Assembly (NCBI GenBank): GCA_903834625.1
Contig: CAILJQ010000002.1
Coordinates: forward strand, 2,980-66,979
Origin: an uncultured Bacteroidota bacterium
Lineage (GTDB): Bacteria; Bacteroidota; Bacteroidia; UKL13-3
DNA: 64,000 nucleotides
Direction of reading: 5' to 3'
Shown: positions 46,998 to 56,812 of the stretch, piece by piece
Numbering within the stretch: the stretch's first letter is position 1
Layout of the letters: every line of letters begins with the position of its first letter
The notes under the pieces: model-generated
The model's database searches: none
Seen by the model: only the letters and a program-made list of their open reading frames with translations
What the model was told of the DNA's origin: nothing
Position numbers and translations under genes: made by a program

Positions 46998-47993
46998 ATG
47001 TCGAGATTAAAAGGATTACAGAGAAAATTTCAATTCAATAGAGATACCGGATTTGGAGCGGGAAGCACCAATCAAGGAGATAGATTACTAAACAGAGATG
47101 GAACATTTAATGTAAAGCGAACAGGACAAAGTATTTTAGAAAGGGTCAATCCTTTTCACCAATTGATTATGATGTCGTGGCCAAAATTTAACGCCATGGT
47201 ACTTTTGGTTTTTGTTACATTGAACCTTTTATTCACGGGGATTTATTATTGGATCGGCTTAGAGGAATTGGTTGGCACCACACATACTGATCCCATAAGT
47301 AAATTCATAGAAGTATTTTCTTTTAGTGCACAAACTCTAACCACTGTAGGTTATGGAAGGGTTAGTCCTCTAGGCAACCTAGCTAGTTTAATGGCATCGT
47401 TAGAAGCGCTGTTGGGTTTGTCTGGATTTGCCTTAGTTACAGGTCTACTTTATGGAAGATTCTCTCGACCGAATGCCAAATTACTTTCTAGTGCAAACGC
47501 TATTATTGCACCCTACCAAGACAAAACAGCCTTAATGTTTAGGATAGCCAATGGCAGAAGCAATCAACTCATAGAATGTGAAGCAATTGTTTTGTTTAAC
47601 TATGTAGAGAGAGAAAAAGGAGAAAGAAAATTCATAAACCTTGAACTTGAATTGGCCAAGGTAACTGCCCTTTCATTAAGTTGGACCATTGTTCATCCAA
47701 TTGATGAGAAAAGCCCTCTCTATGGCCTAAATAAGGAAGAAATATTAGATATGAATGCAGAAATCATCCTTATGTTCAAGGCCTTTGATGATACATACTC
47801 CCAAGCCATTCATACGAGATTAAGCTACACGGCAAACGAAATGATTTATGGAGCAAAGTTTTTGCCTATGTACAAACGCTCAGAAAATGGATACGCTACC
47901 CTACTGGAGTTAAACAAAATCGGGCAATATCAACTAGTGACATTGCCCGACTTCAAACCCTTAGAATCAATTAATTTAGAACCTGAACTTTAA
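46998..47993 (+). CDS. Inward-rectifier-type potassium channel (KirBac family)
   Basis: Two TM helices flank a pore helix and the selectivity filter LTTVGYG (47340s). The roughly 190-aa C-terminal cytoplasmic Ig-like domain is typical of Kir/KirBac. 331 aa. Confidence 0.8.
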   Translation: MSRLKGLQRKFQFNRDTGFGAGSTNQGDRLLNRDGTFNVKRTGQSILERVNPFHQLIMMSWPKFNAMVLLVFVTLNLLFTGIYYWIGLEELVGTTHTDPISKFIEVFSFSAQTLTTVGYGRVSPLGNLASLMASLEALLGLSGFALVTGLLYGRFSRPNAKLLSSANAIIAPYQDKTALMFRIANGRSNQLIECEAIVLFNYVEREKGERKFINLELELAKVTALSLSWTIVHPIDEKSPLYGLNKEEILDMNAEIILMFKAFDDTYSQAIHTRLSYTANEMIYGAKFLPMYKRSENGYATLLELNKIGQYQLVTLPDFKPLESINLEPEL

Positions 47994-48510
47994 ATTTACC
48001 CTCGGTAATACTAACAGAAGTAACATTTTCCTCCAACTGCAAAGTTCCAGAGAACGTACCCGAAACGTATTGGTCTTTAGGTAAAATTATTTTATCAAAC
48101 TTTACGGTTAGTCCGCTTGTAGCAGAAGCCGGAGTAGCTTTACTCTTAAAAATTAACAAAGCAGTATTTTTGTACTCTACAAAATTGTTCAAATCTTTTT
48201 CATCAAGAACATAAGTTAAACCATCAACCCAACCTGGTGCCTTGTAGTTTAAGGTAAATGTAAGTGATGGCAATTCTGTATTACTTTTCTGACCAACTAA
48301 AAACATTTGTTGAATGTTATTAGGATCATCTTTAATTAAGGTCATTGCCTTAAAATCTGTGTAAACGCCATTTACCTTGCATGTAAAATAATAGGTAGGG
48401 TTATTAGTTCCACCATTATTTGTACCTGTTGTGGTAGGAGTATCAGATTTACTGCATCCAGCATGCCAAAAAAGTAAGAATGCAATTGCGATTGTTTTAA
48501 GTATTTTCAT
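47971..48510 (-). CDS. Lipoprotein of unknown function
   Basis: MKILKTIAIAFLLFWHAGCSK lipobox, then a Thr/Gly/Asn-rich linker. The ORF track extends to 48570. It overlaps the Kir channel gene's 3' end by 23 nt (convergent). Confidence 0.55.
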   Translation of the reverse strand: MKILKTIAIAFLLFWHAGCSKSDTPTTTGTNNGGTNNPTYYFTCKVNGVYTDFKAMTLIKDDPNNIQQMFLVGQKSNTELPSLTFTLNYKAPGWVDGLTYVLDEKDLNNFVEYKNTALLIFKSKATPASATSGLTVKFDKIILPKDQYVSGTFSGTLQLEENVTSVSITEGKFKVQVLN

Positions 48511-48568
48511 AATTTTAGGTGGGTCAAAAATATCCAAACTAACATTAATATCCATTAAAATGTCCCAC

Positions 48569-48604
48569 AAAAAAAGGCTGATTTGTGGAAAATCAGCCTT
48601 TTTA
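48569..48604 (-). terminator. Rho-independent terminator, bidirectional in form, downstream of the uxs-ugd operon
   Basis: AAAAAAAGGCTGATTT-GTGGA-AAATCAGCCTTTTT. A 10-bp stem with A- and T-runs on either side. It lies 20 nt below the uxs stop. Confidence 0.65.
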
Positions 48605-48623
48605 AGTAATATTTAAGATACAC

Positions 48624-49598
48624 TTAATCGAATCTATGTGCGGTTTTCATCAGTTCTTCAGTTGACAAACTTTTGAAGTATTCGTAAGTTATTTTTAATC
48701 CATCTGCCCTATTTACTTTAGGTTCCCAATGCAAAATTTCTCTTGCCTTGGTTATATCTGGTTTCCTTTGTTTAGGGTCATCTTTAGGCAAAGGCTTTGA
48801 AATAAGCTTTTGACTAGTACCTGTTAACTTAATAATTTCTTCACCAAATTCACGTATGGTAATCTCATCTGGGTTGCCAATATTTACTGGGTAAGGATAA
48901 TCACTTAATAACAACCTGTAAATACCTTCTACCAAATCATCTACATAACAAAAACTTCTGGTTTGACTACCATCACCAAACATGGTTAAATCTTCACCAC
49001 GTAAAGCCTGACCAATAAATGCTGGCAATACTCTACCATCATTCAGACGCATTCTTGGACCATAGGTATTAAAAATGCGGACAATCCTGGTTTCTAAACC
49101 ATGAAAGGTATGATATGCCATGGTCATTGCTTCTTGAAACCTTTTGGCTTCATCATAAACACCACGTGGTCCAACTGGGTTTACATTTCCCCAATAATCT
49201 TCAGTTTGAGGATGAACCATAGGATCACCATAAACTTCACTTGTAGAGGCTATAAGCACTCTCGCTTTTTTCACACGGGCTAAGCCAAGACAATTATGAA
49301 TACCTAATGAACCAACTTTTAACGTTTGGATAGGAATTTTCAGGTAGTCGATTGGACTTGCAGGTGAAGCAAAATGGAGGATATAATCAATGTTTCCTGG
49401 CACATGGATAAACTTACTTACATCATGGTGGTAAAACTCAAATTGTTTTAGTTTAAACAGGTGTTCTATATTTTTAAGGTCTCCAGTAATTAAGTTGTCC
49501 ATTCCCACCACATCAAATCCTTCGGCAATAAATCTATCGCACAGGTGTGAGCCTAAGAAGCCAGCAGCACCGGTTATTAATACCCTTTTGTTTGTCAT
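48624..49598 (-). CDS. uxs: UDP-glucuronate decarboxylase (UDP-xylose synthase), SDR family
   Basis: [20 protein letters not shown] (GxxGxxG), the YxxxK catalytic pair and close overall resemblance to UXS/ArnA-decarboxylase-type enzymes. 324 aa. Confidence 0.8.
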   Translation of the reverse strand: MTNKRVLITGAAGFLGSHLCDRFIAEGFDVVGMDNLITGDLKNIEHLFKLKQFEFYHHDVSKFIHVPGNIDYILHFASPASPIDYLKIPIQTLKVGSLGIHNCLGLARVKKARVLIASTSEVYGDPMVHPQTEDYWGNVNPVGPRGVYDEAKRFQEAMTMAYHTFHGLETRIVRIFNTYGPRMRLNDGRVLPAFIGQALRGEDLTMFGDGSQTRSFCYVDDLVEGIYRLLLSDYPYPVNIGNPDEITIREFGEEIIKLTGTSQKLISKPLPKDDPKQRKPDITKAREILHWEPKVNRADGLKITYEYFKSLSTEELMKTAHRFD

Positions 49599-49599
49599 G

Positions 49600-50925
49600 T
49601 TATTTGCTTGTATTAACTCCTATGCAATAATAATCGAAGCCTTGGTCTTTCATTTCTTCTTGATCATAAATATTTCTACCATCAAAAATCACCTTACTCT
49701 TCATTAATTTACCCATCACCTTAAAGTTTGGAGTTCTAAACTCAGGCCATTCAGTAACTATCAATAATGAGTCTGCATCAATTAATGCATCATTCGGATC
49801 TTTACAATATTCAATTTGCTCTCCCAAATCTTTTTTGGCTTCATGCATAGCTACTGGATCATATGCTTTCACATTAGCGCCGGCATGTAATAACTTTTCT
49901 ATAATAACCAATGATGGAGCTTCGCGCATATCATCAGTCTTAGGTTTGAATGAAAGTCCCCACATGGCAAAATTCTTTCCTTTCAAATCACCCTTAAAGT
50001 GTTTACTAATTTTATTGAACAACACACTTTTTTGATCTTCGTTTACATCTTCAACAGCCTGTAAAATGCGCATCGCATGACCATTTTCATTGGCCGTACG
50101 AATGAGGGCTTTTACATCTTTAGGAAAACAAGATCCGCCGTATCCAATACCTGGATAAATAAATCTGTTTCCTATACGTGGATCGCTGCCAATTCCTTTT
50201 CTTACAAGATTCACATCAGCTCCCATGATTTCGCATAGGTTGGCGATATCGTTCATAAAACTAATTTTGGTTGCAAGCATGGCGTTTGCTGCGTATTTTG
50301 TCATTTCGGCACTAGGCACATCCATGAAAATGATTGGATGACCATTTAGCAAAAATGGCTTATACAATTTGCGCATTACATCTTCGGCTTTTTTGGTTTC
50401 AACGCCAACCACAATTCTATCTGGCTTTAAGAAATCCTCAATCGCAGCACCTTCTTTTAAGAATTCAGGGTTTGAAGCCACGTCAAATCCAAGATTTAGA
50501 TTCCTAGCGGTCAATTCACCTTGAACTGCGTTTCTAACTTTCTCTGCAGTACCAACTGGAACAGTACTTTTTGTTACTACTACAATATAATCATTGATAT
50601 GCGAACCAATTTCTTTGGCTACACCCAAAACATACTTTAAATCTGCTGATCCATCTTCTCCTGGAGGGGTTCCAACAGCAATGAATGCCACATCTGCATC
50701 AGCCAAATTCTCTCCTAAATTGGTAGAGAAGCTTAACCTGCCTTTTTCATAATTTCTGAGCACCATTTCTTCCAACCCAGGCTCGTAAATAGGCATAATC
50801 CCTTTTTTGAGGTTATCAATTTTCTTTGCATCAACATCAATGCATACTACATCAATACCTACTTCGGCAAAACATGTTCCGGTTACTAATCCAACATAAC
50901 CTGTTCCAATTACTACAATTTTCAT
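49600..50925 (-). CDS. ugd: UDP-glucose 6-dehydrogenase
   Basis: [23 protein letters not shown] Rossmann N-terminus. Catalytic GGSCFPKD Cys motif. C-terminal UDP-binding domain. A 1-nt gap to uxs indicates an operon. Confidence 0.95.
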   Translation of the reverse strand: MKIVVIGTGYVGLVTGTCFAEVGIDVVCIDVDAKKIDNLKKGIMPIYEPGLEEMVLRNYEKGRLSFSTNLGENLADADVAFIAVGTPPGEDGSADLKYVLGVAKEIGSHINDYIVVVTKSTVPVGTAEKVRNAVQGELTARNLNLGFDVASNPEFLKEGAAIEDFLKPDRIVVGVETKKAEDVMRKLYKPFLLNGHPIIFMDVPSAEMTKYAANAMLATKISFMNDIANLCEIMGADVNLVRKGIGSDPRIGNRFIYPGIGYGGSCFPKDVKALIRTANENGHAMRILQAVEDVNEDQKSVLFNKISKHFKGDLKGKNFAMWGLSFKPKTDDMREAPSLVIIEKLLHAGANVKAYDPVAMHEAKKDLGEQIEYCKDPNDALIDADSLLIVTEWPEFRTPNFKVMGKLMKSKVIFDGRNIYDQEEMKDQGFDYYCIGVNTSK

Positions 50926-51089
50926 TATCGGCTTTTAAATAAGTGTTACAATATTGGCAAAACTACCAAAGGCTTGTAGGGGTAGAAATTGCTAAGGGCG
51001 AAAATATAAAATAAACACAAAATTGTTTAATTAAATATACAATACTGTTTTTTTTTTTAAATAGCCTTAAATCTCCCATATTTGTTGGA

Positions 51090-51869
51090 ATGAGTAGGAT
51101 ATCATTTATTATTATTTTGTTGGTTTCTTTCCTTGTATTGGGAAATGAATCAAAAGGACAAAATCCCGACAAATACTTGTTTAGCAACAAAATTTTCAAC
51201 CTTCAATTTTTGTACAATTACCACGTACCTTCTGGCGACATTGCAAAAACTTACGGAAATTTCAACAGTGTTGGCACAGGTGGTATGTTTAAACTCAAAA
51301 ACAATTGGGTTTTCACAGGTGAGTTCAATTACGTTTTTGGGGCTGATATCCTTAAAACTCAATTATTCGACAACCTTATAACAAGTGGAACAAATGGTTA
51401 TATAAGCTCCATTGGGGGAGCTCCTGCCAATTATTCTGTTAACATGCGCGGCTATACAGGATTTGTGAAAGGTGGACGATTGTTTGCATGGAATAAACAC
51501 AACATGAACTCCGGTATTATGGTTAATGGAGGTATTGGGTTTATTCAACATAGAATTAATATTCAAACCCAGCAAATAGATATTCCGCAATTAGACGTTA
51601 ATTATAAAAAAGGATATGATAGACTCAGCAGTGGTATTGCCTTGAGCGAGTTCATTGGCTATACTTACCAAAGTCAAAACCGATTAATTAACTTTTATCT
51701 TGGACTTGAATTTATCCAAGCAAGAACCTTCAACAGAAGAGGGTATAATTATGATGAAAGAGCATTCGACACAGGTGTAAAAAAAGATTTCACTACCTCC
51801 TTCAAATTTGGATGGATGATTCCAATATATTTGAACACAAAAGAGGAAAACGAATTCCTATTTAGATAA
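51090..51869 (+). CDS. Hypothetical secreted/outer-membrane protein, possibly LPS-associated
   Basis: Signal peptide MSRISFIIILLVSFLVLG. 259 aa, rich in Gly, Asn and Tyr, with a C-terminal Phe-x-Arg. Sits between ugd and waaA. Confidence 0.45.
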   Translation: MSRISFIIILLVSFLVLGNESKGQNPDKYLFSNKIFNLQFLYNYHVPSGDIAKTYGNFNSVGTGGMFKLKNNWVFTGEFNYVFGADILKTQLFDNLITSGTNGYISSIGGAPANYSVNMRGYTGFVKGGRLFAWNKHNMNSGIMVNGGIGFIQHRINIQTQQIDIPQLDVNYKKGYDRLSSGIALSEFIGYTYQSQNRLINFYLGLEFIQARTFNRRGYNYDERAFDTGVKKDFTTSFKFGWMIPIYLNTKEENEFLFR

Positions 51870-51870
51870 A

Positions 51871-53133
51871 ATGTTGTACTTGTTGGGGCATTTTTTGTAT
51901 TGGGTAGGAACCAAATTGTATTTCATTTTGGTTCAATTATTTGCCCCTTTTAACCATAGGGCCAAAGATTTGTTAGATGGTCAAAAGGGTTTAATAAAAC
52001 ACATCCAAAAAGCAGAAAATGAGCATCAACAAAAGTGTGTTTGGTTTCACGTCTCATCCTTGGGTGAATTTGAGCAAGGCCGACCAGTTATGGAAGCGCT
52101 TAAAGCAAAATATCCTCAATATAGGTTAGTAGTAACCATCTTCTCCCCTTCTGGTTACCATGCGCGCAAAAATGATTCCCTCTGCGATGCCGTTTATTTC
52201 CTTCCCTTCGAATCAAAAAAGAATGCCGAACTTTTGGTTCAAACCTTTAAACCAGTTGCAGCTGTTTGGGTGAAATATGATTTTTGGTTCGCCTACTTAC
52301 ACGCTTTAAATAACCACCATATTCCAACATTTTTAATAGCTGCCCAGTTTAGGCCAACCCAAATTTTCTTTAAACCTTTTGGCGTTTTTAAAAGAGATTT
52401 ACTCAAACTCTTTACCCATATTTTTTGTCAAAATCAATCCTCTTTGTCTTTGCTCCATAGCATAAACATTCATCAATCTACAGTTAGTGGCGATAATAGG
52501 TTTGATAGAGTTTTTCAAACAACTTTGCACAAGGAGCCCGTACCATTTGTAAGTGATTTTTGCAAAGATTCTTTCATACTTATTGCTGGAAGTTCTTATG
52601 CCATTGAAGAGAACATGCTTCTTTCAATTGACTGGAACCAGACCAATAAAAAACTCATTATTGCTCCACATTTTGTTCAAGAAGCAAGAATTGTAGAAAT
52701 AGAAAAAAAATTCGGTGACAAATGTGTGCGCTATTCCTCCATACAACAAATAGGTTCAGTGCCTGTCCACAAAAATATTCTTATCATAGATAGCATAGGT
52801 TGGTTAAGCAAACTATATCAATATGCTCACGCCGCTTTTATTGGAGGTGGATTTGTTGAAAATGGACTACATAATTGCTTAGAGGCTGCCGCTTTTGGCA
52901 TGCCTATATGCTTTGGTCCAAAACTTAAAAGATTTCCTGAAGCACAGCTATTGGTTCAAGAAAAAATTGCCACGTGTATTTACCAAGAAAACGATTTTAC
53001 CCAATGGTTCAATATCTTGGAAAATGATAAGATAACCACTCAAGAGACTGCCTTAAAGAGTAGAAATTTTGTAGCATCCTCTATGGGTGCAACGGAGAAA
53101 GTAATGCTTGAAATCTCAAGGATCCTATCATAA
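51871..53133 (+). CDS. waaA: 3-deoxy-D-manno-octulosonic acid (Kdo) transferase
   Basis: VWFHVSSLGEFEQGRPVMEAL (the HxSSLGE motif of KdtA/WaaA) and a C-terminal GT-B glycosyltransferase fold (GGSLVPIGGHN-like FIGGGFVENGLHN). Confidence 0.85.
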   Translation: MLYLLGHFLYWVGTKLYFILVQLFAPFNHRAKDLLDGQKGLIKHIQKAENEHQQKCVWFHVSSLGEFEQGRPVMEALKAKYPQYRLVVTIFSPSGYHARKNDSLCDAVYFLPFESKKNAELLVQTFKPVAAVWVKYDFWFAYLHALNNHHIPTFLIAAQFRPTQIFFKPFGVFKRDLLKLFTHIFCQNQSSLSLLHSINIHQSTVSGDNRFDRVFQTTLHKEPVPFVSDFCKDSFILIAGSSYAIEENMLLSIDWNQTNKKLIIAPHFVQEARIVEIEKKFGDKCVRYSSIQQIGSVPVHKNILIIDSIGWLSKLYQYAHAAFIGGGFVENGLHNCLEAAAFGMPICFGPKLKRFPEAQLLVQEKIATCIYQENDFTQWFNILENDKITTQETALKSRNFVASSMGATEKVMLEISRILS

Positions 53134-53136
53134 AAA

Positions 53137-53334
53137 CTACTTTCTTCTTTTTGCTCTTTCTGCGTCTAAATAATTCTTAAGCGAATCTGTTTTCACGTCC
53201 TGTATAGGAGAAGGTTGTGCAATAGTAGATTCTGGAGATTTCTCTAAAGTGGTTTTCTTTTTGTTTGCCATGCAAGCCACAAAAAGACTGTTAATGGTAA
53301 ACCACAAAACGCATACTTTGAATAACTTTTTCAT
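53137..53334 (-). CDS. Possible small lipoprotein (65 aa)
   Basis: MKKLFKVCVLWFTINSLFVAC signal/lipobox. Overlaps the last 44 nt of the upstream T9SS-cargo gene in another frame. Short, with no other support. Confidence 0.3.
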   Translation of the reverse strand: MKKLFKVCVLWFTINSLFVACMANKKKTTLEKSPESTIAQPSPIQDVKTDSLKNYLDAERAKRRK

Positions 53335-55147
53335 TATCGATTAAGTTTACAAAATAGATGCCATTTTCAAGATTAGCGGTATTTAAATGCAATTGGTTCA
53401 AACCGGGCTTAGCTAAATCTGCCCCCACCATGGTTCTTACTTTACCATCTATACTCATCAACTCAATGTATAATACCTTCTTTTCCTTCATTTCAAACTC
53501 TAAGGTTATGGTTTCAGAAGCTGGGTTAGGGTACAATTTACCTAATGGTTTTTCGGTCTGAACCGAGGCAATGCTGGTAAGTGGATCATTGCTTGTAATT
53601 TTAGCAATCCAAGTTCTGTTTTGATTATTGGCATTTCCAAATGAACCATTTAACCATGCAACCCCTGTTTCATTGTATCGCTTTTGTATGCCCGTATAAT
53701 CGCCCCAACGTTCAACAGAGTCAAATAACAACTGAATATTACCATCCCCCTTTTTCACAAAAACCGGTGCAGATACATTAAATTTCCTATCAACATATAC
53801 TACTGATGTTCCGGGAAAATATTTAGGAGACACATGAGAAAAGGTAATCATGCTACTATGGTCTCCATTTTGTCCTGAACCTACATAGGCAATGCTTGGA
53901 TAACCAAAATCTAAAGTATCAGAGGAAATAATACTTCCCTCTAATCTTGGCGTGGCCGACCAAATTTCATGAATTCTTCCAAAATAAATGCCCGGGTTGA
54001 ACCGAACTGGATCAATGGTATTACCTACATAATAAATTACACCACCTTCATACATGGCGCTTAACACACGGGCATCATTGGTTTGTAATTTCTTTCCATT
54101 TGGTTGAATGGCATTTGGCTGCAAACCATAAGGAACTGGGTTACGAAGCACCCTTGTGGTTAATGTGGCAGGACCAGATTTTATGGTATTTGAAATGGTA
54201 TGAACAAAAACTGTATCATTGCTCAAATCTGATGGTCTGTGTGATAAAAAGAACATCTCTGGACCATACAATTGAGAACCTCCTTTGGCCGGACAAATAC
54301 TCCATACCGGTTTGCCATTGTATGTAATGTTATTGTATACTCTCTGAGGTAAAGAATCTCCTGCATATCCCTTTTCTTTATCAACTTGCCAGATATATGA
54401 TTCTATGAAACCATTCTTCCAAAAAGTATTATCCTTTAACCTATTCACGGTAATAAAAAGTTCATCTTTACTAAGGGCAATAATTGGGTAATCACTCCAA
54501 CTGCTATCACCGGTTATATTGCCAGGAATTTGATAAAGGTTCCAAGTTTTACTTGGGTCGTTTGTGGTAGAAAAGCCTACAATAATTCTGGTATCAGCAC
54601 TTGAAGAGCCTTGTAAGTAAACAAGAATAAACCTATCGCGCAAAGGGTCATAAATAGTACGTGGGTCGTAGGTTCGGTTCAAACTTCCTAATGCCACTCC
54701 AAATGCAGAAAGTGTTTTAGCAATGATGGCTTTTCCTGTATCATTAAATACATTCATGTTAGTATTCACACAGCTAATCATCATGCCATTGTTACCTATA
54801 CAAAAATCGTTATCATTGGGTGTTCCTTGGGTAATATTGGCTGCAAAATTTCTACCCACAGATGGTGCATCTGCACTTGCTTTTTTGTTTGAGTTGGGTG
54901 TTGGGTTTGCTAAAATCCGCTGACGATCTAAAAGCAGCTTTTTTTGCTGCACATCGCTTAGCGGTGAAGGAGCAGCTTTTACTTGCACAATATTGGCAAT
55001 AGGCAAATCAGGTAAATCGGCCAAATTGATTGTAGCCGCTAAAGGAGTGGTTAACTCTGTAACTTTGTAGTTAAGTTCTTGTTTATCCTGGGCGGAGGCA
55101 AATAAGACTGGTACCAAAAACAAAAGTATGCTGTATATATATTTCAT
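53291..55147 (-). CDS. Secreted protein of unknown function with a T9SS type-A C-terminal sorting domain
   Basis: Signal peptide MKYIYSILLFLVPVLFASAQ. 618 aa. C-terminal KLYPNPASETITLEF ... GIYFVNLIDNEKVIQSMRFVVYH fits the Por C-terminal-domain pattern. Confidence 0.7.
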   Translation of the reverse strand: MKYIYSILLFLVPVLFASAQDKQELNYKVTELTTPLAATINLADLPDLPIANIVQVKAAPSPLSDVQQKKLLLDRQRILANPTPNSNKKASADAPSVGRNFAANITQGTPNDNDFCIGNNGMMISCVNTNMNVFNDTGKAIIAKTLSAFGVALGSLNRTYDPRTIYDPLRDRFILVYLQGSSSADTRIIVGFSTTNDPSKTWNLYQIPGNITGDSSWSDYPIIALSKDELFITVNRLKDNTFWKNGFIESYIWQVDKEKGYAGDSLPQRVYNNITYNGKPVWSICPAKGGSQLYGPEMFFLSHRPSDLSNDTVFVHTISNTIKSGPATLTTRVLRNPVPYGLQPNAIQPNGKKLQTNDARVLSAMYEGGVIYYVGNTIDPVRFNPGIYFGRIHEIWSATPRLEGSIISSDTLDFGYPSIAYVGSGQNGDHSSMITFSHVSPKYFPGTSVVYVDRKFNVSAPVFVKKGDGNIQLLFDSVERWGDYTGIQKRYNETGVAWLNGSFGNANNQNRTWIAKITSNDPLTSIASVQTEKPLGKLYPNPASETITLEFEMKEKKVLYIELMSIDGKVRTMVGADLAKPGLNQLHLNTANLENGIYFVNLIDNEKVIQSMRFVVYH

Positions 55148-55167
55148 GTAATTGTGTGTTATTAATA

Positions 55168-55605
55168 TTATTCAACTCGCTTCCAAGTTTCACTTCTCCC
55201 AATAAGTGAAATGCCCACATAACCTCGAATTTGAAGTGAATTCTTATCAGTCATGGTCATTTTGCATGAATAGGTAGTTCCACTAGTAGCATCATAAATT
55301 TTGCCATTCTGCCAATACTTTTCCGAGGCATCAAATGTAAATCCGGTTAACATCAAAAGTCCCTGAATCTTTCTATTCCTTTTGGTGGGATCTGGATTTT
55401 TATCATCTAATTTAGGATTTCCTTTTTCGTCCAAAGGTTTATCAATCCAAACAAGGTTGCCATAAAAAAACTCACCCGTTCTAAAAATTTTAATTTTACC
55501 AGTAGCTTTTGGGTTGATCCAAACACCCACAACATCATCAGGATTTTGTGCTTGAGATAAAAGTCCAAACACCATAAAAATGAAGGCAACAATGAGTTTT
55601 TTCAT
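55168..55605 (-). CDS. DUF2147-family secreted protein
   Basis: Signal peptide, then DDVVGVWINPKATGKIKIFRTGEFFYGNLVWI. This is the characteristic DUF2147 opening block. 145 aa. Confidence 0.65.
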   Translation of the reverse strand: MKKLIVAFIFMVFGLLSQAQNPDDVVGVWINPKATGKIKIFRTGEFFYGNLVWIDKPLDEKGNPKLDDKNPDPTKRNRKIQGLLMLTGFTFDASEKYWQNGKIYDATSGTTYSCKMTMTDKNSLQIRGYVGISLIGRSETWKRVE

Positions 55606-55647
55606 AAGTCAAATTGGTTTAGGTATTTCGAAATAAACGAAAGTATT

Positions 55648-56682
55648 TTACTTCACCAATATAGAAAAGCTTTGTACAGGTAAAATTCTCCCTATAGGCT
55701 CATTAATAGGAATTCCCTCTCTTACAAATAAATCCTGAACTTGAGACAAGTATTCTTCTCCAACGCTTATCAATAATCCTCCACTTGTTTGAGGATCATT
55801 CAATACTTGAAAAGCCGACATATCTGTTAATCCAGAAACCTTCTTTTCAAAGGCATTCCAATTTCTATAGGTATTATCTGGAATAATATTTTGCGAAAGG
55901 TATTGCCCCAAAAAAGGAAGTTGTGGCACATGCTCATACACCAATTCAGCTGAAAATTCAGTACCACACATTTCAAGTAAATGTCCCAATAAGGCAAATC
56001 CTGTAACATCGGTTAAAGCATGCACGCCTTTTATTGCCGAAAGTTGTTGACCAACTTTATTCAACTTGCACATGTTTTCAATTACAAGCTTTACATGCTC
56101 TTCTTGCGCCAGTCCGCGTTTTATAGCTGTTCCCATAATTCCAGTACCCAAAGGTTTGGTAAGGAATAAATAATCGCCCACTTGAGGGGTATTGTTTCTT
56201 TTTAAATGCGCCACAGATACACTCCCAGTGACTGTTAAGCCGAATATGGGTTCTTTGCTATCAATACTATGTCCGCCTGCAACCGGAATACCTGCTTCAG
56301 CACAAATGCTTCTTGCGCCTTCTAACACTTTACCTGCTAATGGTAATGGCAGCGTTTCCATAGGCCAACCCAACAAGGCATTGGCAAATAAGGGTGTTCC
56401 GCCCATGGCATAAATATCACTTATGGCGTTAGCACTAGCAATTCTTCCAAAGTCAAATGCATCATCCACAATAGGCATAAAAAAATCAACCGTATTAATA
56501 ATGGCTGTTCCATTTCCCATATCCCATACAGCAGCGTCATCATTGCTATCGTTTCCAACCAGCAAATCTTTAAAACTGCTTCCACTTCTTTCACTTAATA
56601 TTTTTTCGAGATCAGCTGGGGCAATTTTGCATCCACAACCAGCTTTGTGTGAATATTGAGTTAAGTGAATTTTCTCCATCAT
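55648..56682 (-). CDS. selD: Selenide, water dikinase (selenophosphate synthetase), Cys-type
   Basis: LTQYSHKAGCGCKIAPADLEKIL is near-identical to the E. coli SelD N-terminus (Cys at the Sec/Cys position). The AIR-synthase-like fold continues throughout. 344 aa. Confidence 0.9.
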   Translation of the reverse strand: MMEKIHLTQYSHKAGCGCKIAPADLEKILSERSGSSFKDLLVGNDSNDDAAVWDMGNGTAIINTVDFFMPIVDDAFDFGRIASANAISDIYAMGGTPLFANALLGWPMETLPLPLAGKVLEGARSICAEAGIPVAGGHSIDSKEPIFGLTVTGSVSVAHLKRNNTPQVGDYLFLTKPLGTGIMGTAIKRGLAQEEHVKLVIENMCKLNKVGQQLSAIKGVHALTDVTGFALLGHLLEMCGTEFSAELVYEHVPQLPFLGQYLSQNIIPDNTYRNWNAFEKKVSGLTDMSAFQVLNDPQTSGGLLISVGEEYLSQVQDLFVREGIPINEPIGRILPVQSFSILVK

Positions 56683-56749
56683 AGCTGTTTATTTAAGGCG
56701 GTAAGATAGTATAAATTTAGGTTTATTCGGTTTGAACCAAAGGATAGGA

Positions 56750-56792
56750 TCAGGCAAAAAAAATCCCGTCCAACAATTGTTGAACGGGATTT
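56750..56792 (-). terminator. Rho-independent terminator of rpoC
   Basis: On the minus strand, AAATCCCGTTCAACAATTGTTGGACGGGATTT forms a 16-bp near-perfect hairpin (1 mismatch). A T10 run follows (plus-strand A-run 56750-56763). It lies 21 nt after the rpoC stop. Confidence 0.8.
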
Positions 56793-56812
56793 ATTATGAA
56801 ATAAATCGAGTT

